A stretch of DNA of 63,091 nt, the filler included, from Corallochytrium limacisporum Hawaii (lineage: Eukaryota; Protista; Pluriformea): assembly GCA_002811645.1 (NCBI GenBank). It is 4 parts of 4 records of this genome, joined end to end, with 100 filler letters (N's around TTAATTAATTAA, not from the genome) between each part and the next. Parts side by side here need not be neighbours in the genome. Positions count along the whole stretch, not along the records: positions 19,545 to 27,410 come from PDIP01000176.1; positions 27,511 to 39,235 come from PDIP01000032.1; 2 more parts are not named here. The stretch is one strand, 5' to 3'. Of the stretch, positions 23,114-34,741 are shown in pieces. Numbering within the stretch: position 1 is the stretch's first letter; each line of letters begins with the position of its first letter. The translations under genes were made by a program, and so were the position numbers. Under the pieces are notes generated by a model, which saw only the letters and a program-made list of their open reading frames with translations, was not told where the DNA came from and made no database searches.

Positions 23114-24055
23114 TCACGACATTAGCAATGGATCCTTGCAGCATCTGCCCATGTTCGGATCCCCCTTATCATGGTGGTCCATTAGACGCATGAGTCACCG
23201 ACAGTTTACTCACGCAGCGTTTTATAAGCACAGGACGCTAAAGCCAAGAACACAAAATAATTGATAAGAGTGTAGAATCCCCGTTGTGGATCATTTGGTG
23301 GATGGTGAAATGCATTATGGCGACCGTCATTGCGTGCGGAGGAAGTCGACTTAGGCGCACTCAAATGTGCCCGAGTGACTCAACCCTTTCCCCCCCCCCA
23401 CCCTTTTTCTTTCCCTTTCAAGCCCTAACCCCCTTACCCGGTCCAGTTTCCCGGTCCGCCCCTGTTCTCACCAATCCCCTGGGTCCCGACTAACATTTTC
23501 TATGCAAATGCTTCATCCCTCTCCCTCCCCTCGGGGGGATAAAAAGGGGGGGGGTGTGGGGTGTGTGTGATTAGAGCAAAGGTCCCGGGCTGCTGCGCAG
23601 CACGAACACCCCCCAACGATCACGAACCTGGGCGGTATCCGCACGCAGGAGCACGTACAGATTGTATGCTTCACTCCCGTTCATTCGCAAATAGCATCCA
23701 CGCCACCAATACCATCCAAAGGAAACCATGCAGATCTGGTACAGGACCCCTAGGAATTGAAACAGTGGTGTCGACCATGAAAGCACATATAAAGCTTTGC
23801 ATCGACGCGGGACTGTCCACAGGCAGCGCAAGGTGGATGGGTTGATCGATGAATGGGCCGAATGTCTATGTCATGATGCCGGTGAAGCTGTCGAGTGTTG
23901 CCGTGTGCAATGGTGTGCTTGGGCGTGTGGATGGATGGGTACAGCATTGGTAAGTATACTCCTTGGATGGGGTTGACCCTGGTATGACCAAAACAGAGGA
24001 AATGCAACGGGAAAAACCGTGGGGTGGAGTGGGGTGGGGGTTTGGTCCTTCGACT

Positions 24056-24057
<2 letters not shown>

Positions 24058-24097
<40 letters not shown>
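24058..24097. repeat. (CT)n microsatellite
   Basis: About 20 CT units. Similar (CT)n/(GT)n tracts near 9170-9200, 15495-15514, 25665-25735 and 27044-27072. Confidence 0.95.
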
Positions 24098-24099
<2 letters not shown>

Positions 24100-27000
24100 C
24101 TTCTCTCGTCCATCGCTTCCCCGCCTCCCGGGCGGGCGGGCCCCTGCGCCGGCGGGGTTGAGGAGAGGGAGAGAGGGCGGGTTTCTCCCAAGCAGCCTGC
24201 TCCAGACCCAAAAAAAAAATAGGGAGAATAAAGAATAAGGGAAAATCTTGAACAAGAAAACAGAAAACACACACACACAAGAAAAAAACACCTCTGTGAA
24301 ATTAGGTAAAGTAGAGAGGGAGAGGGCGGGAGAGAGAGAGAGAGAGTGCAGCGGGAAACAAAAAGTGAACCACACTTCCCCCCTTCCCCTCCCAAAACCA
24401 CCGCACTTGCACTGCTCCGGCAGAGCTTGGGACGGGCAGCCTTTCAAAAAAGGGAAAAATTTCCCCGCGGGAAGGCATGCTTTCTCGCCACCCCCGTCGG
24501 TCACGGGGTTTGAAGCCGGGAAAAACCTGCAGAAAACTTTTGGGCAGACCGCCCCAAACATTTTCACCCGCCCGTATTGCAGTATTAAATGTACGGAGGT
24601 TTTTGGAAGGTGGGGAGAAATCGCCGTCGGGACGGGCTGAGGGAAGAAGAAAATTTGGGAAGGGCAGAGTGGCGTGCCCAACGTTGGCACCCGTCCGCCG
24701 CCCCCCCCCCCCCCNNNNNNNNNNNNNNNNNNNNNNNNNNNNNNNNNNNNNNNNNNNNNNNNNNNNNNAAAATTTGGGAAGGGCAGAGTGGCGTGCCCAA
24801 CGTTGGCCCCCGTCCCCCCCCCCCCCCCCCCCGGCGGGGCGCACGGGCCGCGCGCAAGGGGAGTAGTCGGCTTGACTTCGTTGTCTGGGACTCTGCTTTC
24901 TCTGCATAGCGACACTTAGGCCTAATTTTAGTTTTTGGTTTCCCTTTTTTCTGTTTGGTGGTCCGGGCGCAGCCTTGATTTTCCCCAAGCCTTTTTTTCC
25001 CAGCCTTTGAGAGATGGCAACAGCCGTAGCGTGTCATCTTTTCACGTGTTGGAAACTGGCCCTTTATTTGACTGTGGCGGATCAGTTCCATCTCTTACGT
25101 TCTCTGACTGAATGTGTGTGTGTGACTCTCTGTCTTCTGTCTCCATCCTCTCTTACCATTTTTGCCCGGGCACACACGCACCACCACCGGCCAAACCCCT
25201 ATTTCCCAACCAAGCAAAAGCCAGGCCTGAGCCGGAAGAAGGAAAAAGAAAACCGAAACCAAACACAAAATAGAAAAAAAATAGAAAACAAAACAAATAA
25301 AGAAAGAAAAAAGAAAGGACGCAACAGAGAAAAGAAAGGTCTTTCCCAGTGGCCGGGTAAAAACGTAAGCGACACCACCGGGCCTGGGCTGACTTACCGA
25401 AATGACCCCCGACACTGGGCCCACCACACACGCACGCACAGAGAAACGAAAAAAATGAAAGAAAGAAAGAAAGGATATGAAAGCAAAAAAAGGACAAGGG
25501 GCGAAAACTCCTGCTTTCAGGAGCCATTGGTTTAGTACCAAAACATCCACTGCCCTGCTCCCCGGGCCATGTTAAGAAAATTGGAATGGGAGAGGAGAAA
25601 AGTGGCAAAGCCGGGTGAGGCCACCACGGCTGGATTTCGTTTGTCTCCCCACCACCTCCCTTTCTCTCTCTCTCTCTCTCCTCTTCCCTGGGGTCCCCCG
25701 CTGGACTCTGGCGTGTGCGTGTGTGTGTGTGTGTAGTACGGTGATTTTTTTTCTTCATATCTGCACCCGGAAAATGTTTATCAGGACCCTTGGGAAGGGG
25801 AGGAGGTGGGGGGGGGGAGATTTCTTCCCTTCCTTCCCTCCTTTTTCCATCATTTTTTTTTCCTTCTTTCCTATGGTAGTAGTTCTAGTACTCGTACTAC
25901 CCCTGCCTCAGGCCCAGTGCTTCTACCTGTGTTTGGTATGTTTACTTTTAGGGAGGGGGGGGGGGGGGGCAAAAGTTCTCCTTTCGATTCTTTCTCTTGG
26001 CTTTCTCTAGGTTTTCGGATTTTTGGTAATTAAAGTAAAGGGCCAGGGGGGTGGACCCCCCCCCGCGGGAGAGATAGGGAGGGAGAGAGTGTGGGGAGAC
26101 AGTGGGCTCCGCATCTCATGCCTTCCCCGCGATCTCTCATCTGCCACCATCGGCCTCTTGTCTTTATCCCATCCACCCCTCGGGGTCATCGTTCCAGCAG
26201 TACCGGGACTTGCTGATGCCAGCGGATGCGAGCCAAAGACTGGTGAGCCGAGATCTGTAACGGTGAGGGCGACGCTTTGGCAGATTGACCTTATAGCTTA
26301 CAGTGTAGCTTCATCGTTTTATTCCCTTGTGACATGTGCCCCGCGATGAGTGCGTAGGGAGAAGAGATGGTATCGGCCGATGCGTCATGGTTTCGAAATC
26401 TCGGGGATGGCACGGGTGCGTGTGTGCGTGTATATCTTGTGACTAATGTTCGAGATCATAACCCAAGTTGGGAAAACCAGGGGGCAGCATTGAGAGCCAA
26501 AACTTCTGCGGTGTCATGGCCAGTTGAGCTCGGCTAACTTGGAGCAGTGCTCTGCTGCACGCACACCCAACGCTGGCAAGAGCCTTCGGGGCCACAGAAT
26601 TGCATGTCCAAGCATCGCTGAAGCATTACTGATTGGGCTCGTGGGCAACATGCGCACCGCACTATGAGTTGGCAAGGACTGACTGACACCGCCGGCCATA
26701 AGTCAAGAGAACCAGATGGGCATCATCACCTTCGTCAGCAATCCACGTCAACGGGCACCCATCCATCAATTCATCGTCATCAAACCATGCCCTCCGCCAA
26801 CCGCAACGAGTACAATCTTCGCTCTCGATGACATTGAACGGCATCATCCCCATGATGAGCATGCTTGACGGTGGATTCGGATTTTTGGCAGCGTTTGGAG
26901 AAACGGAAGACTCATTCCATGGGGCCAGGATCCAAAGTACGCCTCAGGGTTACCGGATAATCATAGTAAAGACCTCCCCATTGACCCCTTCGTTCCCCGG

Positions 27001-27510
27001 GTTTTCAAAACCCCACATTAAAGCCAGGGTCACTTTTTAAGAATCTCTCTCTCTCTCTCTCTCTGTGTGTGTGGTCGAGACTTTGAGCGTGCCTTCGTTT
27101 TTCTCTTCTTTCCTTCTTTTCTCTTTATTTTTTTCCCGGAGGGAGAGGGAGGAGGAAGATTACCAAGTCTTTCCCCCTTTCCGTACTCAATCACCGACGT
27201 TTATAATAGAAAAAGGGAAGGATAGAGAGAGAGAGAAACAGAAAGGTAGACCGGTCTAGAGCGGTTTTGTGGCGATGAGCAATGCCCCCCGCCGGGGGGG
27301 GGGTGTTGAAGCAAGACCGTTTCGGTACCGTTGGTACCACCCGCCCATCACAAACTCACAACCAACTCTCTATCTCCCCTCCACCACCCTCCCCCTCTCC
27401 CTCCCCCGGGNNNNNNNNNNNNNNNNNNNNNNNNNNNNNNNNNNNNNNNNNNNNTTAATTAATTAANNNNNNNNNNNNNNNNNNNNNNNNNNNNNNNNNN
27501 NNNNNNNNNN

Positions 27511-27793
27511 TGGTTCAAGTCATGGTGGTAATAGATGCTCATATTTAATTTTTTTGTACGACTACGATGTGTTCAATGTCAAGCCAAAGTCAAAATAGTC
27601 CATTTTTGAGAGTAGCAGGGACTCTTCGTTTGAATCAGCTATTGAAATATTTTTTTATGATTGTTAAAAAGAGCAAAATATAATGAAATAGAATACAATC
27701 AATATAAATTATTATACAATCAAGATTGAAAAAGATCCTCGGGAGTCAAGTTTTTCGGAGTTTTGACCCTGACATACCAGACAGAGGGTGGTA
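27511..27793. mobile_element. AT-rich end of a related TA-flanked element (type B)
   Basis: Lies at a contig start, is markedly AT-rich, and ends CAGACAGAGGGTGG|TA like the type A copies. Confidence 0.55.
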
Positions 27794-28050
27794 ATACCAT
27801 GCAACTATGCCAAACAAAAGGAAAAAAAAAAATCAGCAGACGCTTTTGCTAGGGTGTGACAGCGGGTGAGAACTTTGCTCCCAAAACGACGTCACGTTGT
27901 GTATGGCTTAGGGCGGTGGGTTAAGAGAGGGAAGAGAACGGGAATACCCCTGCACATAGGACGATCCCGTTTCGCTGATCTCTTCAGGCTGAAGAACTTA
28001 TGATACGCAATCTTTTGCGTGTATTATGTGATATGAGGTCGTTGATTCTT

Positions 28051-29715
28051 CTACTGGTTGTGTACGCGGAACCGGTACACACAGGTATGCTCAGCACCGT
28101 AGTTTGACTTGACCTTCAGCATAACCTTGTCTGTCTGGCCGTAATCCTTGTCCAGGGCTTCCGAAGGTACGGCAAAGTTCTGCCAGGCGTGGTCCGCATC
28201 AATGTTGTAGGTGCCATTAACAAGGCTGTGCATCACAGAGAAGCCATAGAGGCCGTAGACCTCGAAGTCTTTGGGAGCAGAGCTGATGTTGTAGCACAAT
28301 GCCTTACTTACGTGGTCAATTGTAACAGACTGCACATCAATCGGTTCCCGCAGTTGTACGACGATGTCGCCCGCGCTGCCTTCAAAGCAGTAGCACCGTC
28401 CCGGTGTAACATCCGGCTGGAGCACGACCTGTGGGTCCTCAGCGTATGAATAGCTGCCAAAGCCAAACATGGAAGTGGTTACAACCTGCGGAATCATCGG
28501 CGTCGAGTAGTCGGTGAGGACAGAGCCGCCAGCCGTGGCCAGTGCAAAGTCCGCCTTGCCGACGCGGTCTTGGGTCAGGAGCTGCAGTTCCCGCCTTAAA
28601 CCGGCCAGTTGCGACTTCATATCTCCAGGAAGAGATGCTCTTGCTCCTTTCGCCTCCAGATTCTCGAACCGTTCCGTCATGGCATCCACGACAGCTTCCA
28701 TTTCGCTGATCTTCTTTTCCATGCGGGATTGAATGCCCTCTTGCAGGGCCTTCATCTGAGGCTCGATGCTCTCCAGAATGGGCTGGAAGTCACTGATACG
28801 GTGCAGGTTGTCCTCTAATGCCCGGAAACGTTCACTGGAGTACATGATTCGTTCGTAGTCGTCCTGTGAGGGCACTTCGATCGAGCGCTGAATGTCCTCT
28901 TGTAGAGCACGAAGTTCCTTAAGGCGAGCGTCTTGCTGCAGGTCCCTGTCCTGGGCAATCTGACGCTCAAGCTGGGCAATTCGGCCTTGATATTCTTCTC
29001 GGAGGTTCTGGATCAGATCCTCAACTTTACTGGCACTGATGGCGTCCTTGGATCCCATCAGGGAAATCTTAGCACCGCTATCAAACACTTGAGCTAGCCC
29101 TTCATTAACACCATCAACGCCGGATGCAATCATGCTGAAGATGATCATGAATGGGCTCATGACCACCAAGACCCAATGGCCGTTGGTGACTAGTTTTTGC
29201 AAGACATTGATGAAGGCGAGATCGAGCAGAAATATAGAAGCAATCGCTGCATACAGAGAGACGCCCGCAAATTCCAGCAGTGAGCCAAAGAATTCATATA
29301 CTGACTTGGCACTGGTTAGTAGCAAGAAGGCATCCACCAAGTGTTGCGTCCTCCGCTGCACGATTGCCATGACTTTGGCCATGAAGGCACTCCTAGGCGT
29401 CATAGCACCGCCGTCATCTCCTCCTGTTTGCTGTCCAAGAACATTGCGGTCAAGGTTTTCGAATTCGTAATCACTATCGTCATCAAAGACAACCCGCCTG
29501 TAAGCGGCCTCTGCCCGGTCGTCCTCAGACGGACCGGTCGAGACGCTCCTGGGTGGTGGAGTGTGGATGTGTGAAATTGTTGACGCACTCTCTGCTGGAG
29601 GTTCCTCTTCAATCACCGGCGCTGCAATGGGTGTCCTTGTTGCTGCTCCCTTGCCCCTCCGTTGCAATTGTGAGGTTACCTCTGGAGTGACACTCCGTGA
29701 TCGTGTTGCCACCAT
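28051..29715 (-). CDS. SUN-domain (Sad1/UNC-84) inner nuclear membrane protein
   Basis: Disordered N-terminus, TM region, coiled coil, then SUN domain (DFALATAGG, PGRCYCFEG, VTIDHV, SSAPKDFEVYG, SNYGAEHTCVYRFRVH). Confidence 0.95.
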   Translation of the reverse strand: MVATRSRSVTPEVTSQLQRRGKGAATRTPIAAPVIEEEPPAESASTISHIHTPPPRSVSTGPSEDDRAEAAYRRVVFDDDSDYEFENLDRNVLGQQTGGDDGGAMTPRSAFMAKVMAIVQRRTQHLVDAFLLLTSAKSVYEFFGSLLEFAGVSLYAAIASIFLLDLAFINVLQKLVTNGHWVLVVMSPFMIIFSMIASGVDGVNEGLAQVFDSGAKISLMGSKDAISASKVEDLIQNLREEYQGRIAQLERQIAQDRDLQQDARLKELRALQEDIQRSIEVPSQDDYERIMYSSERFRALEDNLHRISDFQPILESIEPQMKALQEGIQSRMEKKISEMEAVVDAMTERFENLEAKGARASLPGDMKSQLAGLRRELQLLTQDRVGKADFALATAGGSVLTDYSTPMIPQVVTTSMFGFGSYSYAEDPQVVLQPDVTPGRCYCFEGSAGDIVVQLREPIDVQSVTIDHVSKALCYNISSAPKDFEVYGLYGFSVMHSLVNGTYNIDADHAWQNFAVPSEALDKDYGQTDKVMLKVKSNYGAEHTCVYRFRVHNQ

Positions 29716-30033
29716 GGTGTTATCCTACGTGGCACAAAAACCTGCTTCGACCTACCACATTTGTTTTGTCCCTGACGAGTCGGGATTTATGTAGTTAGAC
29801 TCCATGGGTTAAATAGGATATCCTATGCCATAATATCATCATAGTCAATGAAACGCATACGAAAAAGGAAACGAGGAATGATTACCTAAACAACTATCGG
29901 CTGAGTGCTCATCATGCGTGGGCATGGAGAAAATGGGTGTTGGGTACCGCGCTCAGTGAACCCTCCAACAGACACACACAAACACTGTCGGTTCAGCCCT
30001 GCAAGTCAAATGGCAGCAAGCCCCTCCCCGGCC

Positions 30034-30047
30034 TTTCGCGCGCCAAA
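30034..30047. promoter_or_regulatory. Overlapping inverted E2F-type sites TTTCGCGCGCCAAA
   Basis: Matches TTTSSCGC on both strands, in the divergent SUN/MCM10 promoter. Confidence 0.55.
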
Positions 30048-30287
30048 AGTTTGAAGAGGGGGTGCAACACCCGACCACCACCTTGCTGAGGTCCCACCCC
30101 CCTCCCGGGAGGGGAGGGCCGCGGAATCCTCACTCCCAAGGAACCGTGAACCCGAACATTGTGAGCCTCCTAGGAGTTGGCCTGGTCTGTATTCGTTCAG
30201 CACAGAGGGGTATTCAATTCAGAAAAAGCGTCAAAATTTGAGAGCAGCTGTTAATATCCATGTATCAACAACTGGCAGCACGGCAAT

Positions 30288-32594
30288 ATGGATCTACAGG
30301 GTCTTCTAGCCGGAGACAGCGATGATGAACGGACCGTGGAGAGCCCCAGGGCTCAGGGTGATCAAGATGATTCAGACACCGAACAGCATAAAGATGTCTG
30401 TGCAAGGGTAGGACTAGTGCTTACAGACGATGAAATTGACGAAGATGTAAAGTATGAACCCCTCCAGCCAGAGACAGCCACAGATCGCCTGGCATCGCCA
30501 GGAATAGCTCGAGCATTGTCTTCCGCCCAAGGCAATGTAGCGGTGCCTGTGCCTCCCTCTCTGCCAAAAGTAAAAAGTGTACCAAAAGATGATAGGTCTC
30601 CTTCCACACTACCTCCACGATCGACTGCTAGCAGTTGTGTCAAACCATTGCCACGAACACAAGCTAAATGCACGGAAGCACAAGCAACGCAGTGCAACGC
30701 TGAAAAGAAAATGGAACAGGTACTGCGTGAGAAGGCTTTCCTGGAGCGTCAACTGCAAGAGGTGAACGTCAAGTACGAGCAAATTCTTCAGGAGCAAAAA
30801 GTGCTCAAGCGACGCATCAAAGAAGTCGACGAAAAGTATGACCGGATACGCAGGGACGCCAATCGGAACCAGACCCGGGGCGCCTTGTACAGTAAGCGGC
30901 CAGAGTCCACCAATGGCAAACACTGTCCGCCCGTCCCGAGTTCATCATTAAGACCGGAATGGGTGGGGTCTACTTGGTCCAAGGAGATTAAAGATGCGGC
31001 ACTCAATGTCATTGAAAACGTTAGCCCCCAAGTAGTGCAGGACTTTACAATGACCAGATCATACACTCCCCTGTCAGACCCCCCCGCGACGGGGGGGGGA
31101 AAGTACACGGCCGCTGTGGTGACATCCGTAGAGTTCAAGAAGCACGAAAAGAATGGAGAAAAATTCATCAAGGTTCGTCTATTTAACATGAGTTCATTAG
31201 GCGTGGAGGAGACTTCAATTTCCGTCACAGATTTTCGCGGACGCCGCCAGTACAGGGAGGGACAGTTGGTCCTGATCAGAGAGATCAATGAAAATAAGGT
31301 TTACTATCCTAAGTATCTGTGTGGTGAGATGGACGTACTCCCATTGGGTCATTGCAAGATCTACGCTCGATGCGGATTCCCCACCAATAGCGGTTCAAAG
31401 TGCAGGGCGCCCATCAATATCAACGACGTAAAGGCCTGCCGTTTCCATGCTGGCAAACTAGCGCGGCAAATGGAGAAGCCAGCCGCAAGGAGGCCCACCG
31501 CAACGCCAACGCAAATGACACAGAAGCCAGGAGGAGGAGCACCTAGCAATCGCAATTCCCATGCCACTGCGGCGCGCAAGATAGCTCCAAGCCGCAATTA
31601 TCTCGGCCCAACGGCACAGATCGGGAAACGTGAATTTCGGGAGAAGGAGGTACCGGCCATGAAGTCTCGTCGAGTGGTGAAGAATGGACAGATCGAAACT
31701 GAAATGAATTTCGGAGGCCATGTGGTCAACATTGTTGGGCGTAAACAGGCGGCACTCTCAAACTGTGGTATCAGTCGAGAGGACAGCAACCGCATGCGAG
31801 CAGAGCTTGCTACCAAATTGGGCCATGATGTCGCTACTTTTGGTTCGATGCAGCGTTTCTCGTCGAAGCAGGAGCAGCTGCTACGCGATGGCAAGGACAT
31901 CAACAGCTCCAGTGCTGCCTTGCCTACCAGTTTGAGGATTGTCGGTGACGATAAGAAACAATTCGTGAAGAAACCACTGCTACCGAAGAGGGATCCGAAC
32001 GAGACGCGGCCGGCAATGCGCCAGGACGAAACACTGCCCAAGAATCGTAGTCTCCGGCAAAATGACCTCATGGCACATTCCAAAGACGATGACTTGGGAG
32101 ACACCATCGTCATAGGGCAAGAAAAGTCCAAGAAGAGACCACCACTGGAGGATAGTAGCAACCTTCAGCGGGGTATTAGTGCCAAATCGAATGATCTACT
32201 TAAGGATGTTCTCGACTCCACAGCCAGCGGCCACGACGAGGCAAAAAGGGAACGTCTCCAGCGACTTCAGGCGATCGAAACCATCAAAGAGTACAAATCC
32301 AAGACTTTTTCTATCGAAAAAGTTGGCTGGCGCTGTGTGCAATGCGGAACTCGCTGCGAGGACCGTCCCACACTCTGCGAGGAGGATGGCCATACTGTGA
32401 AGAAGTTCAAAGGTACGTTCTATTTCGGGAAGTGTGACCAGTGCGGCAAGAAGAGTGGATCATTCGGTACTTTGGGACATTGTCGGTTCTGCAACGGTCC
32501 GTTGACACGCACGGCCATGGGCGCCTCGAATACTGCACTCGAGGCTAAGGACGAGGTGCTCAATCGTCAGCGGGCAGAAGGAGTCTGGTGCTAA
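30288..32594 (+). CDS. MCM10: DNA replication factor Mcm10
   Basis: Coiled coil, OB-like region, CCCH finger (CGFPTNSGSKCRAPININDVKACRFH), and C-terminal Zn motifs (CVQC...C...H; CDQC; CRFC). Confidence 0.82.
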   Translation: MDLQGLLAGDSDDERTVESPRAQGDQDDSDTEQHKDVCARVGLVLTDDEIDEDVKYEPLQPETATDRLASPGIARALSSAQGNVAVPVPPSLPKVKSVPKDDRSPSTLPPRSTASSCVKPLPRTQAKCTEAQATQCNAEKKMEQVLREKAFLERQLQEVNVKYEQILQEQKVLKRRIKEVDEKYDRIRRDANRNQTRGALYSKRPESTNGKHCPPVPSSSLRPEWVGSTWSKEIKDAALNVIENVSPQVVQDFTMTRSYTPLSDPPATGGGKYTAAVVTSVEFKKHEKNGEKFIKVRLFNMSSLGVEETSISVTDFRGRRQYREGQLVLIREINENKVYYPKYLCGEMDVLPLGHCKIYARCGFPTNSGSKCRAPININDVKACRFHAGKLARQMEKPAARRPTATPTQMTQKPGGGAPSNRNSHATAARKIAPSRNYLGPTAQIGKREFREKEVPAMKSRRVVKNGQIETEMNFGGHVVNIVGRKQAALSNCGISREDSNRMRAELATKLGHDVATFGSMQRFSSKQEQLLRDGKDINSSSAALPTSLRIVGDDKKQFVKKPLLPKRDPNETRPAMRQDETLPKNRSLRQNDLMAHSKDDDLGDTIVIGQEKSKKRPPLEDSSNLQRGISAKSNDLLKDVLDSTASGHDEAKRERLQRLQAIETIKEYKSKTFSIEKVGWRCVQCGTRCEDRPTLCEEDGHTVKKFKGTFYFGKCDQCGKKSGSFGTLGHCRFCNGPLTRTAMGASNTALEAKDEVLNRQRAEGVWC

Positions 32595-32853
32595 CGGTGC
32601 GGGGTCTGGTCTCCCTACCCACCCACCGACCCCCCGGAGGGCACCCTGCTTTCGAACCCGACGCGCCAAAATCCCTTATAGATCGCAAGCGAACAGGAAC
32701 GCTAATTTGCGCAGAGCTATTTGGAGCAACGATTAAAAGCAGCAGCTGGCTCTGCTAACCTTTAATCTCGTCTCAGAACATTACATATGGATAGTTGTAA
32801 CCGTGACAATGTCGAAGAAACTGACGAATTGATTATAAAGGGTTAGCATAGTC

Positions 32854-33732
32854 ATGCGTAGTTTAATTACGCTGCCGTTCACTATTTCCTGGGATAGTGA
32901 TCCAGTGTTTGTGTTGGTAAAAGAGAGGCTGGCTATATTTACTTCATCGGAAACGGGAAATGGAGTTACTAGACGACGGCGCTGGGTTCCTACGGCAGTG
33001 AGAGCGCGGTACGCCATGAGGCATGTACTAGATATAATCTGCACGGGCATTCTATGGTACACAGTGATCAAACCGTTCTGCCAACAGCAGAGGGAGGAAG
33101 CGGCGGCATCGGCAGAGGCTGGCCTGATCTATGTTCTTAGGGAGGTACCAGGCCAGCTGAGACAATGGATAGGTCAAGGGGATCCTATGGGTGTCAAACT
33201 CAATGTATTCTATGCAGAAGCAATTGGCTCGGTGCTGCAGGCTCTGGTCGATCCCGTCAGCGATCTGATAATTAAGGTCGTGCCGCCGCTAGTGAGCTCT
33301 GCCTGTGCTGTGGTAGCGGAAAGCCATGCGGTCTCATTGATCGTCAGCTTGATCACCTTGCCAGTACTGATCCAATGCGGTTGGGCTCTAGTGTTGATCA
33401 TCTTTAGCCCTGTGCAACTGGCCACCTATGTCGTCTCTACCGTCTTCAACGGGCACAAACACTTGGTGGTAGGATTCTTGCGCATTGCCAGGGGAAGAAA
33501 ACTCAACCCAATCCGCCAGAATCGGGAGGACCACTACACGTACAGCCAGGACGAGAACGCAGTGGCGATTATGGTGCTGTCTTGCCTATTGTTCCTGGTA
33601 CCGACAGTGGTGATTTGGTACTCGGCAGTTGGATTGATACCGGCCGGATCTGTTGCAATTGTGCATCGATACCTGAGGCCTGCGGTCGTGCGGCTATACC
33701 TGTCTCTGCTATCGCATGTGGCCGGAATATGA
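32854..33732 (+). CDS. PIGQ: GPI-GlcNAc transferase subunit PIG-Q/Gpi1. An alternative start at 32787 is possible via an intron at 32842-32905.
   Basis: GDPMGVKLN and RGRKLNPIR...Y......IMVLSCLLFLVPT motifs of the Gpi1 domain. Multiple TMs. Confidence 0.8.
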   Translation: MRSLITLPFTISWDSDPVFVLVKERLAIFTSSETGNGVTRRRRWVPTAVRARYAMRHVLDIICTGILWYTVIKPFCQQQREEAAASAEAGLIYVLREVPGQLRQWIGQGDPMGVKLNVFYAEAIGSVLQALVDPVSDLIIKVVPPLVSSACAVVAESHAVSLIVSLITLPVLIQCGWALVLIIFSPVQLATYVVSTVFNGHKHLVVGFLRIARGRKLNPIRQNREDHYTYSQDENAVAIMVLSCLLFLVPTVVIWYSAVGLIPAGSVAIVHRYLRPAVVRLYLSLLSHVAGI

Positions 33733-33844
33733 AGAGAATGAGAGAATTGTTGATGAAATGGCTTCATGATATGTACAATATATTTTCTATTATGTGTTCG
33801 AATGTAAAACCGATGTATGGCGCACAGAACCAGGTTTCCAAATC

Positions 33845-34741
33845 TCAACTGTACCGCCAGACAAGAGCAGCAGCACCATTGCGCGTGAACATGTCAGCTT
33901 CATCGAGACTGTGAGCCCATTCGACGTTGCCCCACTGATCGATTTGCGTGTCGACTTCGAGACGCGCTGCAGTAACGGCCTCCTCTAGTGTCACCTGACG
34001 CTCCAGCAGCGCGAGAGAGATTAGCAACGATTTCGTTGAGTGCACGGACGTTTCCAGAGCTGTGAGCTTCCAAGGGTTCAGCGACTCGAGGTAGGTCCGG
34101 ATTCGCCCAATGTCTTCTTCGCTGTGCGCGGGTCCGAGGAGACTAGCAGAATGCTGCACATTGACGCTGAAAGTCTTGTTAAACCAGGTCAGATAGGGGT
34201 CCCAAGTATCCGCCTGCTTCTGTACCAGATTCTGCGGGTACTCGTGCCGACAGCAGGTCGTATCTGTCTCGAGGAACCCGAGCAAATCGCGAATCATAGC
34301 CTCTGCAGGACGGAACTTGTCCTGGTCGATCACGGTGTTGACAATCGTGTAGATGGGCATAGTATACGGCTTCATGGTATCGTTTTGTGCGGCAAACTCA
34401 GCAGCAATAAAGAAGGCAAGCTCCTCAGTTGGTAGGACTAAAGGTCTCATCGTTGGTGTCTTCACACCGCGACCGTCAAGCTTCACTGTCCATTGGTTGT
34501 CCCCCGCCTTGGCGGCGTCAGCTACCTTCCAGAATCGCTTCATTTCTCGCTTGTACATGGCTGGTGTGCTTTGAGCACTAGCATATCCGTCTTCCTTGTT
34601 CTGATCTCCTTCGTTGGTACTGTAATAGAAGAAATTTTGTCCAAGTGCCTGGGGTACTGCTGCGGTTTTCACAACAGATGATAGGCGCAGTGACCCAACC
34701 CGTAAGCTTGGTTCACGCAGCAATGATATTGAGCGCAGCAT
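33845..34741 (-). CDS. ATP12: Mitochondrial F1-ATPase assembly chaperone
   Basis: KRFWK, LDGRGVKTP, MP, FLETDT, TKSLLISLAL, AARLEVDTQIDQWGNVEWAH. First ATG at 34741 with a presequence. Confidence 0.96.
   Translation of the reverse strand: MLRSISLLREPSLRVGSLRLSSVVKTAAVPQALGQNFFYYSTNEGDQNKEDGYASAQSTPAMYKREMKRFWKVADAAKAGDNQWTVKLDGRGVKTPTMRPLVLPTEELAFFIAAEFAAQNDTMKPYTMPIYTIVNTVIDQDKFRPAEAMIRDLLGFLETDTTCCRHEYPQNLVQKQADTWDPYLTWFNKTFSVNVQHSASLLGPAHSEEDIGRIRTYLESLNPWKLTALETSVHSTKSLLISLALLERQVTLEEAVTAARLEVDTQIDQWGNVEWAHSLDEADMFTRNGAAALVWRYS

Noticed and set aside
24650-24832. ~50-nt direct repeat on either side of an N gap
   Set aside because: Most likely an unmerged contig overlap at a poly-C tract.
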